Below, in pieces: positions 28,377-38,195 of a DNA stretch of 64,000 bases. Both the position numbers and the translations under genes were made by a program. Position 1 is the stretch's first letter, and the number at the start of each line of letters is the position of its first letter. The notes beneath the pieces were generated by a model. The model made no database searches. It was not told the origin of the DNA and saw only the letters and a list, made by a program, of their open reading frames with translations. The stretch is from the sequence record MH791411.1; one strand, 5' to 3'.

Positions 28377-28776
28377 TTATACGTAACGACCCTCGTATTC
28401 TGTCTGGATATCCATCAAATAGATCAATGAATTGGTTTAACGCATAAGTACTGATGAATGGATTATTCTTTGCAAGTTCTATGCGTTTTTCAAAATCCAT
28501 TAATATAATCTCTGGTCTACTGAAATTTCCTTTACGTCTATATGTTAGTAAACGCTCGGTATGACCACTGAACTGAAATTCAAAATATGTTGATGCTGCA
28601 TAATCACTTCCATCAGGAACCGGAATTGAAAAATCAACATTGAACTTATTACCAAATGCGAAAAAATATCCACCATCTTCGTGTGGTATAGTTTTATCAT
28701 TTAGATGGAAATCTATTTCATCACCTAATATATCAAATATCTTGATACTTAGAGACATAAAATCATCGGCTAACAT
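28366..28776 (-). CDS. hypothetical protein
   Basis: 136 aa ORF. Confidence 0.7.
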   Translation of the reverse strand: MLADDFMSLSIKIFDILGDEIDFHLNDKTIPHEDGGYFFAFGNKFNVDFSIPVPDGSDYAASTYFEFQFSGHTERLLTYRRKGNFSRPEIILMDFEKRIELAKNNPFISTYALNQFIDLFDGYPDRIRGSLRINAE

Positions 28777-28787
28777 TTCTTTTTACC

Positions 28788-29006
28788 TTATTTTATAACT
28801 CTACAATAGAAATGAATAATATACGGAAATATAGGATTATCTACGTATGTTGCAAAATTAGCTATGGTAATTTTTTTATAGTACGAGTTATGTATGGATA
28901 TAATGGTTTGTGGGTCGATTGCTTCTCTATTTGATAGTTCAACAAAACGACCACACTTCATATAAGCCTTACCATAATAATCGTAAGTTATCTCATATTG
29001 TTCCAT
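28788..29006 (-). CDS. hypothetical protein
   Basis: 72 aa ORF. Confidence 0.65.
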   Translation of the reverse strand: MEQYEITYDYYGKAYMKCGRFVELSNREAIDPQTIISIHNSYYKKITIANFATYVDNPIFPYIIHFYCRVIK

Positions 29007-29366
29007 TTATTCTGGATCTTTGTTTTTATCCACTGTATTGTTTTTGTTTAGATCAATACCGAGTGCCACTGCTGCTGCCAGGTTTTCAATACCATCACCA
29101 TTCAAACGAAAACCTTGCTTGAGTAGGTTTTGTGTGTAGTATTTGTTGTAGAAAAATGCCCATACAAACATGGCGATGAAACCTAATGTACCAAAACTAA
29201 TAACGTTCAGGATTACAAAGATGACAAACGCACCGATGAATGTTAGAAAATCAGAACGGAATAGTGCAGGGATTGGACCAAAAAAGAATGTAGTCCATGA
29301 AAAACCATAGAAACCGTCTTTCTTGATTCCAGTACTTTCATTTTTTAAAGAAATAGTTTTAGCCAT
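29007..29366 (-). CDS. membrane protein (DUF2628/HrgC-like)
   Basis: GFSWTTFFFGPIPALFRSD, two TM segments, YNKYYTQNLLKQGF; start at MAKTI after GGAG. Confidence 0.7.
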   Translation of the reverse strand: MAKTISLKNESTGIKKDGFYGFSWTTFFFGPIPALFRSDFLTFIGAFVIFVILNVISFGTLGFIAMFVWAFFYNKYYTQNLLKQGFRLNGDGIENLAAAVALGIDLNKNNTVDKNKDPE

Positions 29367-29376
29367 TGTTGACTCC

Positions 29377-29598
29377 TTACATGTTATGATTTGGTATACA
29401 GTACACAAATACTAAATTGGAAAAGTGTTCAGTACTGGAATATTTTGCTAAATCTGTTATATGGAAGTAGACATCTTTGAAATTATCATTCTCAAATGTC
29501 GTTATTTGTAAACAGTGTGTGGGTCTGAAAATATAATAATAAAATATATCATCTTCAGCCACAACTGTATGGTTTTTGTAGCGTTCAATTTTTTTCAT
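29377..29598 (-). CDS. hypothetical protein
   Basis: start at MKKIER overlapping upstream stop. Confidence 0.6.
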   Translation of the reverse strand: MKKIERYKNHTVVAEDDIFYYYIFRPTHCLQITTFENDNFKDVYFHITDLAKYSSTEHFSNLVFVYCIPNHNM

Positions 29599-29963
29599 GT
29601 GTGAATAATTTCTTTTACCCCATATTCCATAATTGCCAACGTACAAATCTCACAAGGCTTGGCAGGGACTGGAATACCATCTTTACTTACCCGTGCAATC
29701 AACAAAGTATGAACTTCAGCACGAGAAGCCAGCAAACATGAGATTTCAGCATGAAGAAATTCACCTTGTGGACGACCAGCACGGATTGCAAAACCTTTCT
29801 GTACTGGGTGAGTATGTGTGTAAGAATTAGTACGTGTTGCCAATACACGACCTTTCTTATCAAGTGCACGAGCAATCACACGATAACGTTTGTAGCTCCC
29901 CACTTGCTCGATTGGTGGCATCCGTCGCAATTCTTCAATTAGTTTCTCAAGTTTACGATTCAT
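29595..29963 (-). CDS. cytidine/dCMP-deaminase-like zinc enzyme
   Basis: LHAE...KPCEIC motif. Confidence 0.8.
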   Translation of the reverse strand: MNRKLEKLIEELRRMPPIEQVGSYKRYRVIARALDKKGRVLATRTNSYTHTHPVQKGFAIRAGRPQGEFLHAEISCLLASRAEVHTLLIARVSKDGIPVPAKPCEICTLAIMEYGVKEIIHT

Positions 29964-30586
29964 AAGTCTAAGTCTATACCCTTTTCAAATGATTTCTCTA
30001 GAACCCAAAGTTTACATTCTTCACTCTCCAAATGCATCTTTGCCTCTTTCTGTTGTTCTATTGTACAAGACTTTATAAATTCACGCAAGGCTTCTATTGT
30101 ACTTTTTATATTTTTTATGTCTTCCAGAATTGTTTCTTTGGCTTCAGCATCAATTACAGATGAACTCCACCCGTGACGTTCTTCCCAAATTGTTTTTGTT
30201 GAATTGTAAATTGATGATGTAGAAATGACTGCATGGACCTTATTAAACGTATCGTCTGCTTCTTGTTGGGTGTAATCACCATAAGTGTTTAGCACATTTT
30301 TGTATAGTTCATCAATTGCCTCATCATAAGTATCACCACCGCAATCTAACTCATAATCATGTGCTTGTACCCATTCATCATCTTGCTCAACGTACATAGG
30401 TGAGATGAATTCTACCCAAAATTGTGTCTTTGTATTCAGAGCTTTAAATGATTCAATGCGGTTTGTGATTGGACACACATCATGTGGTTCGATATCAATC
30501 CTTGGGGGAACCATATCTCCGTTGATGAATTTAGGATGGCCCATAATCCACCAGTACTTTTCAGATGTAGTCATTGTAATCTCCAA
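29960..30586 (-). CDS. hypothetical protein
   Basis: 208 aa ORF. Confidence 0.75.
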   Translation of the reverse strand: MEITMTTSEKYWWIMGHPKFINGDMVPPRIDIEPHDVCPITNRIESFKALNTKTQFWVEFISPMYVEQDDEWVQAHDYELDCGGDTYDEAIDELYKNVLNTYGDYTQQEADDTFNKVHAVISTSSIYNSTKTIWEERHGWSSSVIDAEAKETILEDIKNIKSTIEALREFIKSCTIEQQKEAKMHLESEECKLWVLEKSFEKGIDLDL

Positions 30587-30615
30587 ATAAAAAGTACTGC
30601 CACTATAACAGTACT
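30587..30615 (-). terminator. intrinsic terminator whose stem arms are AGTACT sites
   Basis: AGTACTG/CAGTACT arms plus U-tract. Confidence 0.65.
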
Positions 30616-30619
30616 GATA

Positions 30620-30979
30620 TTAAATGTAACGTTTCTTTTTATAATCATACCCTACTTCTTTGTAAAAGTCAAACAAAGAAGCATGGGTAAACGTAGGTAA
30701 CAGATCATATGGGTGCTGATAGTTCGCAATACCAACAACTGCCAGCATTGATTCAGCCGTTCTGGAATTTTCACTATCCCATTCATCTAAACGCCACAGT
30801 GAACAAAGAACTTCACGTTCGTGTTGCTTACCAAGAAAGAATTCAGCTTCACGGTCACGAAATGCACCTACGCTGATAGTACTTTTGTACCAGTCTTTCT
30901 CACCATAAGCTGGCATACGGATAATGTGTTTTTCTTGAGCTTCACCAAAGCGATGAAGAAATGCCACATAATCACTCAT
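30620..30979 (-). CDS. hypothetical protein
   Basis: 119 aa ORF. Confidence 0.75.
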   Translation of the reverse strand: MSDYVAFLHRFGEAQEKHIIRMPAYGEKDWYKSTISVGAFRDREAEFFLGKQHEREVLCSLWRLDEWDSENSRTAESMLAVVGIANYQHPYDLLPTFTHASLFDFYKEVGYDYKKKRYI

Positions 30980-31146
30980 AACTTATAACCCATTACTGGT
31001 TTTGAATAATCAGGTTCATAAAACTTTTCAGTACTGAACCCTCTGAAATTACCACGACCTGGCTTCGGACAAGCCATCCCTTCTACACCGTGCTTACCCT
31101 GAACCTTTCCGCAGTTTTTGCATTTGTATCCAATAACTTCTTTCAT
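30976..31146 (-). CDS. 56-aa putative zinc-binding protein
   Basis: MKEVIGYKCKNCGKVQGKHGVEGMACPKPG...; coupled at both ends; not in ORF track. Confidence 0.7.
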   Translation of the reverse strand: MKEVIGYKCKNCGKVQGKHGVEGMACPKPGRGNFRGFSTEKFYEPDYSKPVMGYKL

Positions 31147-31391
31147 TGTGCATCCTTTGGAATAGTGTTAAGGCGTGTACGGTTTACAATCTTCCTGCAC
31201 ATGAGATTAAGATCTTGCCCATGACGCATCTCATGGCAAGCATACAATGTACCATCATAGTTAAGTTTAGTCAAATTCTGGCGAATGAACTCTGCATCAG
31301 CCTCCTGAACTTTAGGTGCACAGCCACAGAGAGTAATGGACACAAATATTGTTAATGTAATGAATATATTTTTCATGATATTTTTTCTCAT
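31143..31391 (-). CDS. putative lipoprotein
   Basis: hydrophobic leader with LCGC lipobox. Confidence 0.65.
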   Translation of the reverse strand: MRKNIMKNIFITLTIFVSITLCGCAPKVQEADAEFIRQNLTKLNYDGTLYACHEMRHGQDLNLMCRKIVNRTRLNTIPKDAQ

Positions 31392-32359
31392 TTTGGGCTA
31401 TAACCACTTTTAATTTTAGAAATTACTTTCTTCTCGAAGAACTTACGTGCTTCTTCAATAGTTTTGAATTCTTCACCATCTGTAGTACTGGTTTTACCAA
31501 TAGCACCATACTCAATAATTACTTCACACACTGGAGCATTCAATTCAATATTATAGAATTTGTTCGAAGAACCGTGAACATATTCCAAATGTACATTATC
31601 AGGAATGTTCTGCACATAATCATAGTTCTTGAAGATAATATCAATCATATTTTCTTCACCGCGATCAGGAAATAGTTCAGTATTATTCAGTACTAAACGC
31701 TGTGCAGCACGGAACATATCAAAATATTGTTCACCTTTTTTCAGTTCTTTTGTATCAGAACAGAAATGACCATAGTATTCTACATAATCATTCCAAGGAT
31801 AAATTCCTTCATCAGCAGTTTCAAAAGCGTAAGTTTCATCTTGTGGAACTTTAAAACCACGAGTTTTTGGATGAGAAATTAAGCACAGTGAAATATTATG
31901 ACCGATATCTGAATCATCAGTAATACTACCACCAACCATATGAACAACATTTTTAATACGTTCAAAATCTACATCTTCAATTTCATGATACATTAAATGT
32001 TCTTCAATATTACTTACTAGTAATGAATTACCATTTCCTGCATCGAATTCAAAAATGAAAAGTTCTACACAATCTTCTTCTTTCATTTCAATAGTATCAC
32101 TGAGTTTAATATACTCATTTTTTACTTGTTCAATATTTTCATGAGAACCAAAACTATAACGAGAACTGATATAACTACTACCATCCAACCATCCCATATC
32201 CCAAGGTTCTTCTGACATGTATTCGGTGCTATAGAAATCAGTCAAATCATCTCTCTGAGTACAAACCGTAAGAGAACGAACATTATTAAGACCTTGAACT
32301 TCAAGATTCAGTACTGTAGTGTTGCCGATTTTTTGTTCAGAAATAATTTTAGTTTTCAT
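31388..32359 (-). CDS. protein with C-terminal WGR domain
   Basis: SNKFYNIEL...VIIEYGAIGK...F...EEARKFFEKKVISKIKSGY. Confidence 0.75.
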   Translation of the reverse strand: MKTKIISEQKIGNTTVLNLEVQGLNNVRSLTVCTQRDDLTDFYSTEYMSEEPWDMGWLDGSSYISSRYSFGSHENIEQVKNEYIKLSDTIEMKEEDCVELFIFEFDAGNGNSLLVSNIEEHLMYHEIEDVDFERIKNVVHMVGGSITDDSDIGHNISLCLISHPKTRGFKVPQDETYAFETADEGIYPWNDYVEYYGHFCSDTKELKKGEQYFDMFRAAQRLVLNNTELFPDRGEENMIDIIFKNYDYVQNIPDNVHLEYVHGSSNKFYNIELNAPVCEVIIEYGAIGKTSTTDGEEFKTIEEARKFFEKKVISKIKSGYSPK

Positions 32360-32449
32360 TTAAAATACCTATTGAAATGATTTACGCCATTTGACTAGTT
32401 TAACATTCATGTAAGTAAGGAACTCACGTTCCATCTCTTCTGGACTCAT

Positions 32450-32478
32450 ATTATCGCATTGCAAAGCGAACATGTCAA
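32450..32478 (-). promoter_or_regulatory. sigma70-type promoter
   Basis: TTGACA-17 nt-GATAAT with TG extension. Confidence 0.7.
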
Positions 32479-32490
32479 GTGCACATCATC

Positions 32491-33138
32491 CTACTTTTTT
32501 GATTTATGTAATGCAATTTGTACTCGCGTAATGAACTCACGCTCTACTTCATCTGAATTAACACCATCATATTGTGTTTTGAATAGTTCCATAGCTTTGA
32601 TAGCCATCTGAACTGAAAGATCAGCAATACTTTCAGTACTGGTACTTTCAAATACATTTTTGAGGCTTAGTTCACCATCATCAATACATTCTTTTGGTTT
32701 GTTGATTTCTGGTACTTGGATGTATCGCAATGCTTTGTATTCTGCTTTGGTCAGATTCCCAGTCCATCTTGGTTCATTGAACAAGTCATGCATTGTAATG
32801 CCAGCTTCACCCATTAGGTGTACTAACTCTTCATTTCGGCGAATATGCTTTTCTTCATCTTTGAAATTTTTGTAAGTGTAAGCACAACGCATGATAGCCA
32901 AACGTACTTCACCACTTTTAGTAATTGTATACGTATGAATTGCATTATCGTAGTCACTTTCCCATTGTTGACCCGCATATTCGTACCAAAGGTCATTTGT
33001 CTCCCAACGGAGCATTTTACCTTCTAGTAGCTCGTCAATCATTTTAGCCATGTTACCATGATATTCACAACTGGTAATATTAAATCCACCATTGTACTTT
33101 GCAAGGTACAGAATCTTTTCTTGTGATACATTTTTCAT
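32491..33138 (-). CDS. hypothetical protein
   Basis: 215 aa ORF. Confidence 0.75.
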   Translation of the reverse strand: MKNVSQEKILYLAKYNGGFNITSCEYHGNMAKMIDELLEGKMLRWETNDLWYEYAGQQWESDYDNAIHTYTITKSGEVRLAIMRCAYTYKNFKDEEKHIRRNEELVHLMGEAGITMHDLFNEPRWTGNLTKAEYKALRYIQVPEINKPKECIDDGELSLKNVFESTSTESIADLSVQMAIKAMELFKTQYDGVNSDEVEREFITRVQIALHKSKK

Positions 33139-33476
33139 TACATGTAATCCTTGATGTATTTTAGCAGTTTAGATTTCTCTTCGGTACTTAATGATTTCTT
33201 GTTCATCAAGTGTTTCATTTCTTGACGTTCAATTTCTTCACATCTTTTAGATTCAGCTTCAATTCGTGTATGGTATTCTTCGTCAGTTTCTTCTCTGGTC
33301 CAAATTACATTGTATCCATCGAAACCACCGTAACCACCGTCTGGTGAAAGACTAATGTATCCCTTGTACTCTGAACGGTACTTATTAAGAGTGTCAATAA
33401 AGGTATCAATGCCACACTGTTCAATTTCAATATAACCAATCACGACAGCAACTTCAATTTTGTTCATAAAGTTCAC
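33138..33476 (-). CDS. hypothetical protein
   Basis: 112 aa ORF. Confidence 0.75.
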   Translation of the reverse strand: MNFMNKIEVAVVIGYIEIEQCGIDTFIDTLNKYRSEYKGYISLSPDGGYGGFDGYNVIWTREETDEEYHTRIEAESKRCEEIERQEMKHLMNKKSLSTEEKSKLLKYIKDYM

Positions 33477-33480
33477 CTAT

Positions 33481-33504
33481 AAAAATAGGGAGCATTAGCT
33501 CCCT
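33481..33504 (-). terminator. intrinsic terminator
   Basis: AGGGAGC/GCTCCCT stem plus U-tract. Confidence 0.75.
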
Positions 33505-34052
33505 TTGTATTGATGTTTACGTTTAGTACTGTATTTCCAGCCAGTACTGTGTCTTGTTCTGATATCATCCCAATACGATGGTAGTGAACGCATCTTACGT
33601 CTTCCACGTATATCCGGTTCCCCCTCATCCTTCAGTACTGCACAAGCCATACGACGCTCTTGTTGGGTCTTAGGACGTTTGTATCTGGAGTGGTTATGTT
33701 TGTACATATACGAACGCTTGTGTCGCCATTCAGTGTCACGAGCATTTCGTTTATGATCCCAGTACTCATTATAGAGTATCATGTATTCACCCATAAGTAA
33801 ATCAGGAGATACAAGTAATCCTTTTTCAGTACAAAGATAATAACCTACGAACTTTTCTGGATACATTTCGTAATAGAAACGGTTCTTCCAAAATGTTTCA
33901 CGATTCTTTTTGTTGAATTCAGCTAAATCGAATTTCATCTTACTGTGGAAACGGTCTATACCGTCATGTTCCGCAATGTACTCTAACAGATTATCAATAA
34001 TCTCAACTTTACCTGAATCATGGTACAACGTAAATGTTTGGTCAAAAAACAT
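33495..34052 (-). CDS. conserved hypothetical basic protein
   Basis: R-PKTQQERR and RSLPSYWDD...GWKYSTKRKHQY motifs. Confidence 0.75.
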   Translation of the reverse strand: MFFDQTFTLYHDSGKVEIIDNLLEYIAEHDGIDRFHSKMKFDLAEFNKKNRETFWKNRFYYEMYPEKFVGYYLCTEKGLLVSPDLLMGEYMILYNEYWDHKRNARDTEWRHKRSYMYKHNHSRYKRPKTQQERRMACAVLKDEGEPDIRGRRKMRSLPSYWDDIRTRHSTGWKYSTKRKHQYKGS

Positions 34053-34145
34053 ATATTTCTCCTTTAAGTTAAACTAACCTAATGGAATGTCATTCTTCCT
34101 TTACTACATGTTCTCATGGTTTAATCCTTTTGTCAATATCTAGAA

Positions 34146-34174
34146 AGAAAAAATCCCTGCCAAAAGACAGGGAT
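34146..34174 (-). terminator. intrinsic terminator
   Basis: ATCCCTG/CAGGGAT stem plus U-tract. Confidence 0.7.
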
Positions 34175-34268
34175 GAAAAACTGAAATAACACATGGAGTT
34201 CTTTTTAAATTAATAAAAAGTATTATTATTCTTATGAAAGTATTTATCATGAACTCCAGTTTATTGCT

Positions 34269-34466
34269 TCAAATGCCCCAATAACCTTTTTGTGCTACTA
34301 TCTCACGGTATTGAGCACGAGTTAGAACACCTTGTTTACGTAGAGCTTGAAGACCTGATAGGGTTTCTGCTTTACGTAGTTCGTAATTGCGTTGTTCTTT
34401 AGATTGAATAACTTTAACTTTCTTAACTTTTGCTACTGGTTCTTTTTTCTTAGGTTGCTTTGCCAT
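34269..34466 (-). CDS. small basic protein
   Basis: 65 aa Lys-rich ORF with GGAG RBS and own promoter. Confidence 0.75.
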   Translation of the reverse strand: MAKQPKKKEPVAKVKKVKVIQSKEQRNYELRKAETLSGLQALRKQGVLTRAQYREIVAQKGYWGI

Positions 34467-34496
34467 GAGTATTTCTCCTTTGTTGTTAACAATATT

Positions 34497-34524
34497 ATTA
34501 TATCATGTATGGGACGAATGTCCC
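34497..34524 (-). promoter_or_regulatory. putative phage promoter GGGACA-N16-TATAAT embedded in an inverted repeat
   Basis: GGGACAttcgtcccatacaTGATATAAT; ATGTATGGGAC/GTCCCATACAT palindrome. Confidence 0.65.
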
Positions 34525-34532
34525 ATACATTA

Positions 34533-35972
34533 TTACATATTTTCTTCAGCAAATTCTGCCAGTGGTGAACGAACGACACCTTCTAGTTCGATTACACGAC
34601 AACCGTCCCAGTTCTTGAACTTCTCGGTAACATAAGTTAGACCGCTGTTAACTGGACTAATGAATTTAGAGTCAATCTGGCTCAAGTTGCCCATAATAAC
34701 CACTTTACAGTTCATTCCTGCACGAGTCAGGATTGTTTTAGCCTGAGCAGGAGTAATGTTCTGGAATTCATCCACTACTAGGATAGTGTTTGTGAAAGAA
34801 CGCCCACGAACGAAGTTTAGTGCTTTGAACTGGATAACATTACGTTTCATGATTTCTTCGATACTGCCTTGTGGGTTAGCATCATCTTTGTGTAGGAATT
34901 CCAACGCATCAATGGCAGCTCCACAGAATGGAATCACCTTCTCTGCCTCAGAACCTGGCAAGAAACCAATGTCTTCGAATTGGGAATCTTGTGTTTTGGA
35001 GAAGATGATACGGTCGTATTTTTTCTTCTCTAGTACTAGCTCCAGTGCAGTAGCAATGGTGATCAATGTTTTACCAGTACCTGCGGAACCCAACAGTACT
35101 GTTAGATGAACATCAGGATCTAGGATACTGTTGATTGCTAGTGCTTGTTGAATATTCTTAGCCTTAATATCCCACACTTTAGCACGTAGAGCAACAGATT
35201 GTCCAATATCTTGGAATACAAGAATATCTTCTGGTGTTAAAGTACCATCATCTTCTTCAATTGCAGATTGGCCTTCGTACACAAATAGAACATCAGCATT
35301 ATCATATAGGTAATCACCGATGCAAATATTTTGTGGCATGATATGTTCAATCAAGCTTTTTGGAATGTAGTGATACAAACGGCGACCAACTTGTTCAGAT
35401 TGGATAGACACATCAGTTAGATTGCTATACACATCCCAAAAATCTAGGTCGAGGTGATGTTGACCAATGTGAATCAAATCACTATCACCAATCACGATAT
35501 CATGACGATAATCTTGAACTTCCACCCCGTAGCTTAGAGCCTTGATACGCATATTGATATCACGGGTAACCAGTACTGAATCAGTTGCTAATGCTACTAA
35601 AATGATTTTATCATCTGGTACTGTGCTTTTTAGAAGAGTTTGAACTTTCTCTTCGTTACCAGAAGTACGAATTAGTGCTTCAGCTTCTTCGCTTGTAATA
35701 ACAAACAATTTGCTTTCAGGACTCATATTAGTATGAACATCAGCAATATTAACACCAGTACTACTAATTTCTTCATGTGATGCATCAGAAAGGATAGCTT
35801 CAATGTTACGGATTGCAACACGAGCATCACGGGAAACATCCACATTACGACTTTTGATTGAATCCAATTCTTCAAGTACTGTGAACGGTAGAATGATAGC
35901 TGCTCCATCAAAAGCAATGGTAGCATTTGGATCAGATAGTAGTACGTTTGTGTCAATTGTATATTTTTTCAT
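34533..35972 (-). CDS. phoH: PIN-domain plus PhoH-family ATPase
   Basis: IDTNVLLSDP PIN start, GSAGTGKT Walker A, RGRSF, VDEFQN, GNLSQID. Confidence 0.92.
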   Translation of the reverse strand: MKKYTIDTNVLLSDPNATIAFDGAAIILPFTVLEELDSIKSRNVDVSRDARVAIRNIEAILSDASHEEISSTGVNIADVHTNMSPESKLFVITSEEAEALIRTSGNEEKVQTLLKSTVPDDKIILVALATDSVLVTRDINMRIKALSYGVEVQDYRHDIVIGDSDLIHIGQHHLDLDFWDVYSNLTDVSIQSEQVGRRLYHYIPKSLIEHIMPQNICIGDYLYDNADVLFVYEGQSAIEEDDGTLTPEDILVFQDIGQSVALRAKVWDIKAKNIQQALAINSILDPDVHLTVLLGSAGTGKTLITIATALELVLEKKKYDRIIFSKTQDSQFEDIGFLPGSEAEKVIPFCGAAIDALEFLHKDDANPQGSIEEIMKRNVIQFKALNFVRGRSFTNTILVVDEFQNITPAQAKTILTRAGMNCKVVIMGNLSQIDSKFISPVNSGLTYVTEKFKNWDGCRVIELEGVVRSPLAEFAEENM

Positions 35973-36033
35973 AAAACATCCTTGAGTTATGAGTACATCC
36001 TTGTACTCGACTAATGGTTAGTGACTCGGAATA

Positions 36034-36336
36034 TTACATGCTCGGTTCGTATTCAACATAACATCTTGAACCACGAGCCTTTTCCTCCCAGCATTCCTGG
36101 TAAACTAGTTGACCAATTGATACTGGATCTCTTGATAACCCATTACGAACTTCACCAGTACTGGTTTTATAAGTAAATGAGCATTTATTTTCATTACATT
36201 GACCTAATCCTGTTACAGTCGCTGTATTGTAATGAATATTATAACGTTTAGTGTTCTCATGATATGAACTGAACCACAGAACACCTATACCTAATAGCGT
36301 TGTGCAAATAAGACTCTTGATATGTGTTGAAATCAT
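36034..36336 (-). CDS. membrane-anchored hypothetical protein
   Basis: N-terminal TM, four Cys. Confidence 0.7.
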   Translation of the reverse strand: MISTHIKSLICTTLLGIGVLWFSSYHENTKRYNIHYNTATVTGLGQCNENKCSFTYKTSTGEVRNGLSRDPVSIGQLVYQECWEEKARGSRCYVEYEPSM

Positions 36337-36653
36337 AGTGCATTAAATCCATTAGTTAAGTAAGTTTCAATATTAACTTTCCCTACTGGATTACTACTAT
36401 GTACATAGTATTTAAATGGTTCTTTAATATTATGCTCAAACATATAATCAATTAGAAATTTGGCAAAAGTGTATCCAGTTTTCTCATCTGTACTCAAGTC
36501 ACCCAAGTCATGGTCAAATGAGACAAATGCTGGAATTCCATTTTTGATTACGTATTCACATGCACTTTCGTAGTCACGACACAATACCATCTCTTGGTCA
36601 GGATAATATTTTTGATAATCACGAATATCATCCAAGAACATTGAGTACGACAT
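36333..36653 (-). CDS. cyclic-phosphate-processing receiver-like domain protein
   Basis: MFLDDIR, VSFDHDLG, TGY, HSSNPVG motifs. Confidence 0.8.
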   Translation of the reverse strand: MSYSMFLDDIRDYQKYYPDQEMVLCRDYESACEYVIKNGIPAFVSFDHDLGDLSTDEKTGYTFAKFLIDYMFEHNIKEPFKYYVHSSNPVGKVNIETYLTNGFNAL

Positions 36654-36662
36654 TTTAAACTC

Positions 36663-37214
36663 CTATAGATAGCTGATTAGTAAGTTTTCTTTTTGTACAA
36701 GATACTCTAATTCTTGTTTCGCAGTTCCGATGAAGTTCTGTGTCATAAGATTATTATATCCTGCTTCTCGATTTTGTCCCTTCGAATAACGAGAGATGTG
36801 ACATAAATTTACACCAGCCACCTCTGCACTAGCATGTTTGCCATATGCATAATTATCACGAAGTTTTTTAAGTTCAGCATAAGTCATTTCATAACTATAG
36901 CTATGTGAGTGACCCTCTGGAAACAATTCAAGTGATTTTAATGGAGACAGGCGACTTTTGTCAATGATATAGTTCATTTCTTCTTGTACTTCACGTTGTA
37001 ACGCATCTTCTAATGACTTATCAGTACTTTCAACTGTTCCACCACATGCACCCAACAATCCATCCCAACGCACTTGTAGGAGTACTAAGTTAACCACTGG
37101 AATATCATTTAGTTCATAACCAGAGTATGGGGTACATTCTTTTGCATAAAAGAAACAGAATACAAAATTTGCACGTTTCCCCAGTTGTCCCAGTGGTACT
37201 TCAGCTTTACTCAT
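36663..37214 (-). CDS. Nudix hydrolase, NUDT16 (U8 decapping)-like
   Basis: LLQVRWDGLLGACGGTVESTDKSLEDALQREVQEEM resembles NUDT16 MQMRFDGRLGFPGGFVD...LEDGLNREL-EE. Confidence 0.8.
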   Translation of the reverse strand: MSKAEVPLGQLGKRANFVFCFFYAKECTPYSGYELNDIPVVNLVLLQVRWDGLLGACGGTVESTDKSLEDALQREVQEEMNYIIDKSRLSPLKSLELFPEGHSHSYSYEMTYAELKKLRDNYAYGKHASAEVAGVNLCHISRYSKGQNREAGYNNLMTQNFIGTAKQELEYLVQKENLLISYL

Positions 37215-37963
37215 CGCATTCGTTCCTTAATTATAGTTTCAACCTGTGGAATTGCTTTCGTCGCAGGTTTGATGACCTTCTCATTAAAAAGAAAATCATT
37301 ATCATTTTTTCGGATGTTAACATTTACACTATAGCATGGAAGTGCACCAGCTAGTCTGGACCATACCAGTACTGTATCACTACTTCCAATAACTACAACT
37401 GTATCATTTTCTGTGAGACTTTTCAACACTTCATTTCGTTCTTCATAAATGGGGAGACGTACCCCATCAACGTAGCGATGATACTCACCAATCATCACTA
37501 CATTTGGTTTTGCAAAAACATCAGCTTTAGGGATATATGGTTCATAACCACAATTAATGACATTGTAATCATCAGTATTAATAGAAAAGTTCTCAATTAC
37601 TTCACATAAATTGCCGTGTAGTTTGAGTTCGGTTCCACCAATTCTAGTATATAGATCATCCATATTAGAAGTCATGTGTAAAAAACAATCACCATACAAA
37701 TCTTCTAATGATTTAATAAAGTAATGCATTTCATTAGGATGACATTCACCTAATTTTACACGCAATGTATTATAAAATGAATGAACTATATGATACTTAG
37801 AACTAAGTCGTGCAATGTTACAAACATCATTAATTTTGAAATTGTCCCACAACCCATCATCAAAGCGGAATGGTTCCATCCCGCTCTCAACTGAAAGACC
37901 TGCCCCTGAAATTATAAGTAATCTTTTGTTCCCAGCATTTTGTATAAATTTATCTGATATCAC
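37211..37963 (-). CDS. Sir2-family NAD-dependent enzyme
   Basis: SGAGLSVESG--FR---GLW, NMDDL, LHG, PNVVMIG motifs. Confidence 0.88.
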   Translation of the reverse strand: MISDKFIQNAGNKRLLIISGAGLSVESGMEPFRFDDGLWDNFKINDVCNIARLSSKYHIVHSFYNTLRVKLGECHPNEMHYFIKSLEDLYGDCFLHMTSNMDDLYTRIGGTELKLHGNLCEVIENFSINTDDYNVINCGYEPYIPKADVFAKPNVVMIGEYHRYVDGVRLPIYEERNEVLKSLTENDTVVVIGSSDTVLVWSRLAGALPCYSVNVNIRKNDNDFLFNEKVIKPATKAIPQVETIIKERMR

Positions 37964-37972
37964 ATTTACTCC

Positions 37973-38164
37973 TTATATAAAAAGTATCAAGTTTAATACT
38001 AAAAATACAATGATAGCAATATGATAGACATACATCCACTTATTGTGTCCATGTTTATTACCATTCCTGAATTCTCGGTATAAACATTTAGTATGATTGT
38101 ATAACACCACACAAATAAACACAACTATGAAACAAAAAATCCACTCGTAAACTATGTATGCCAT
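37973..38164 (-). CDS. small membrane protein
   Basis: two hydrophobic segments. Confidence 0.65.
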   Translation of the reverse strand: MAYIVYEWIFCFIVVFICVVLYNHTKCLYREFRNGNKHGHNKWMYVYHIAIIVFLVLNLILFI

Positions 38165-38195
38165 CAGATATACTCTCTCTTTATAATTATTATTC

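Noticed and set aside
32380-32490. Small ORF resembling a duplicate of the upstream C-terminus
   Set aside because: No RBS or start; region better explained as a TTGACA-17-GATAAT promoter.
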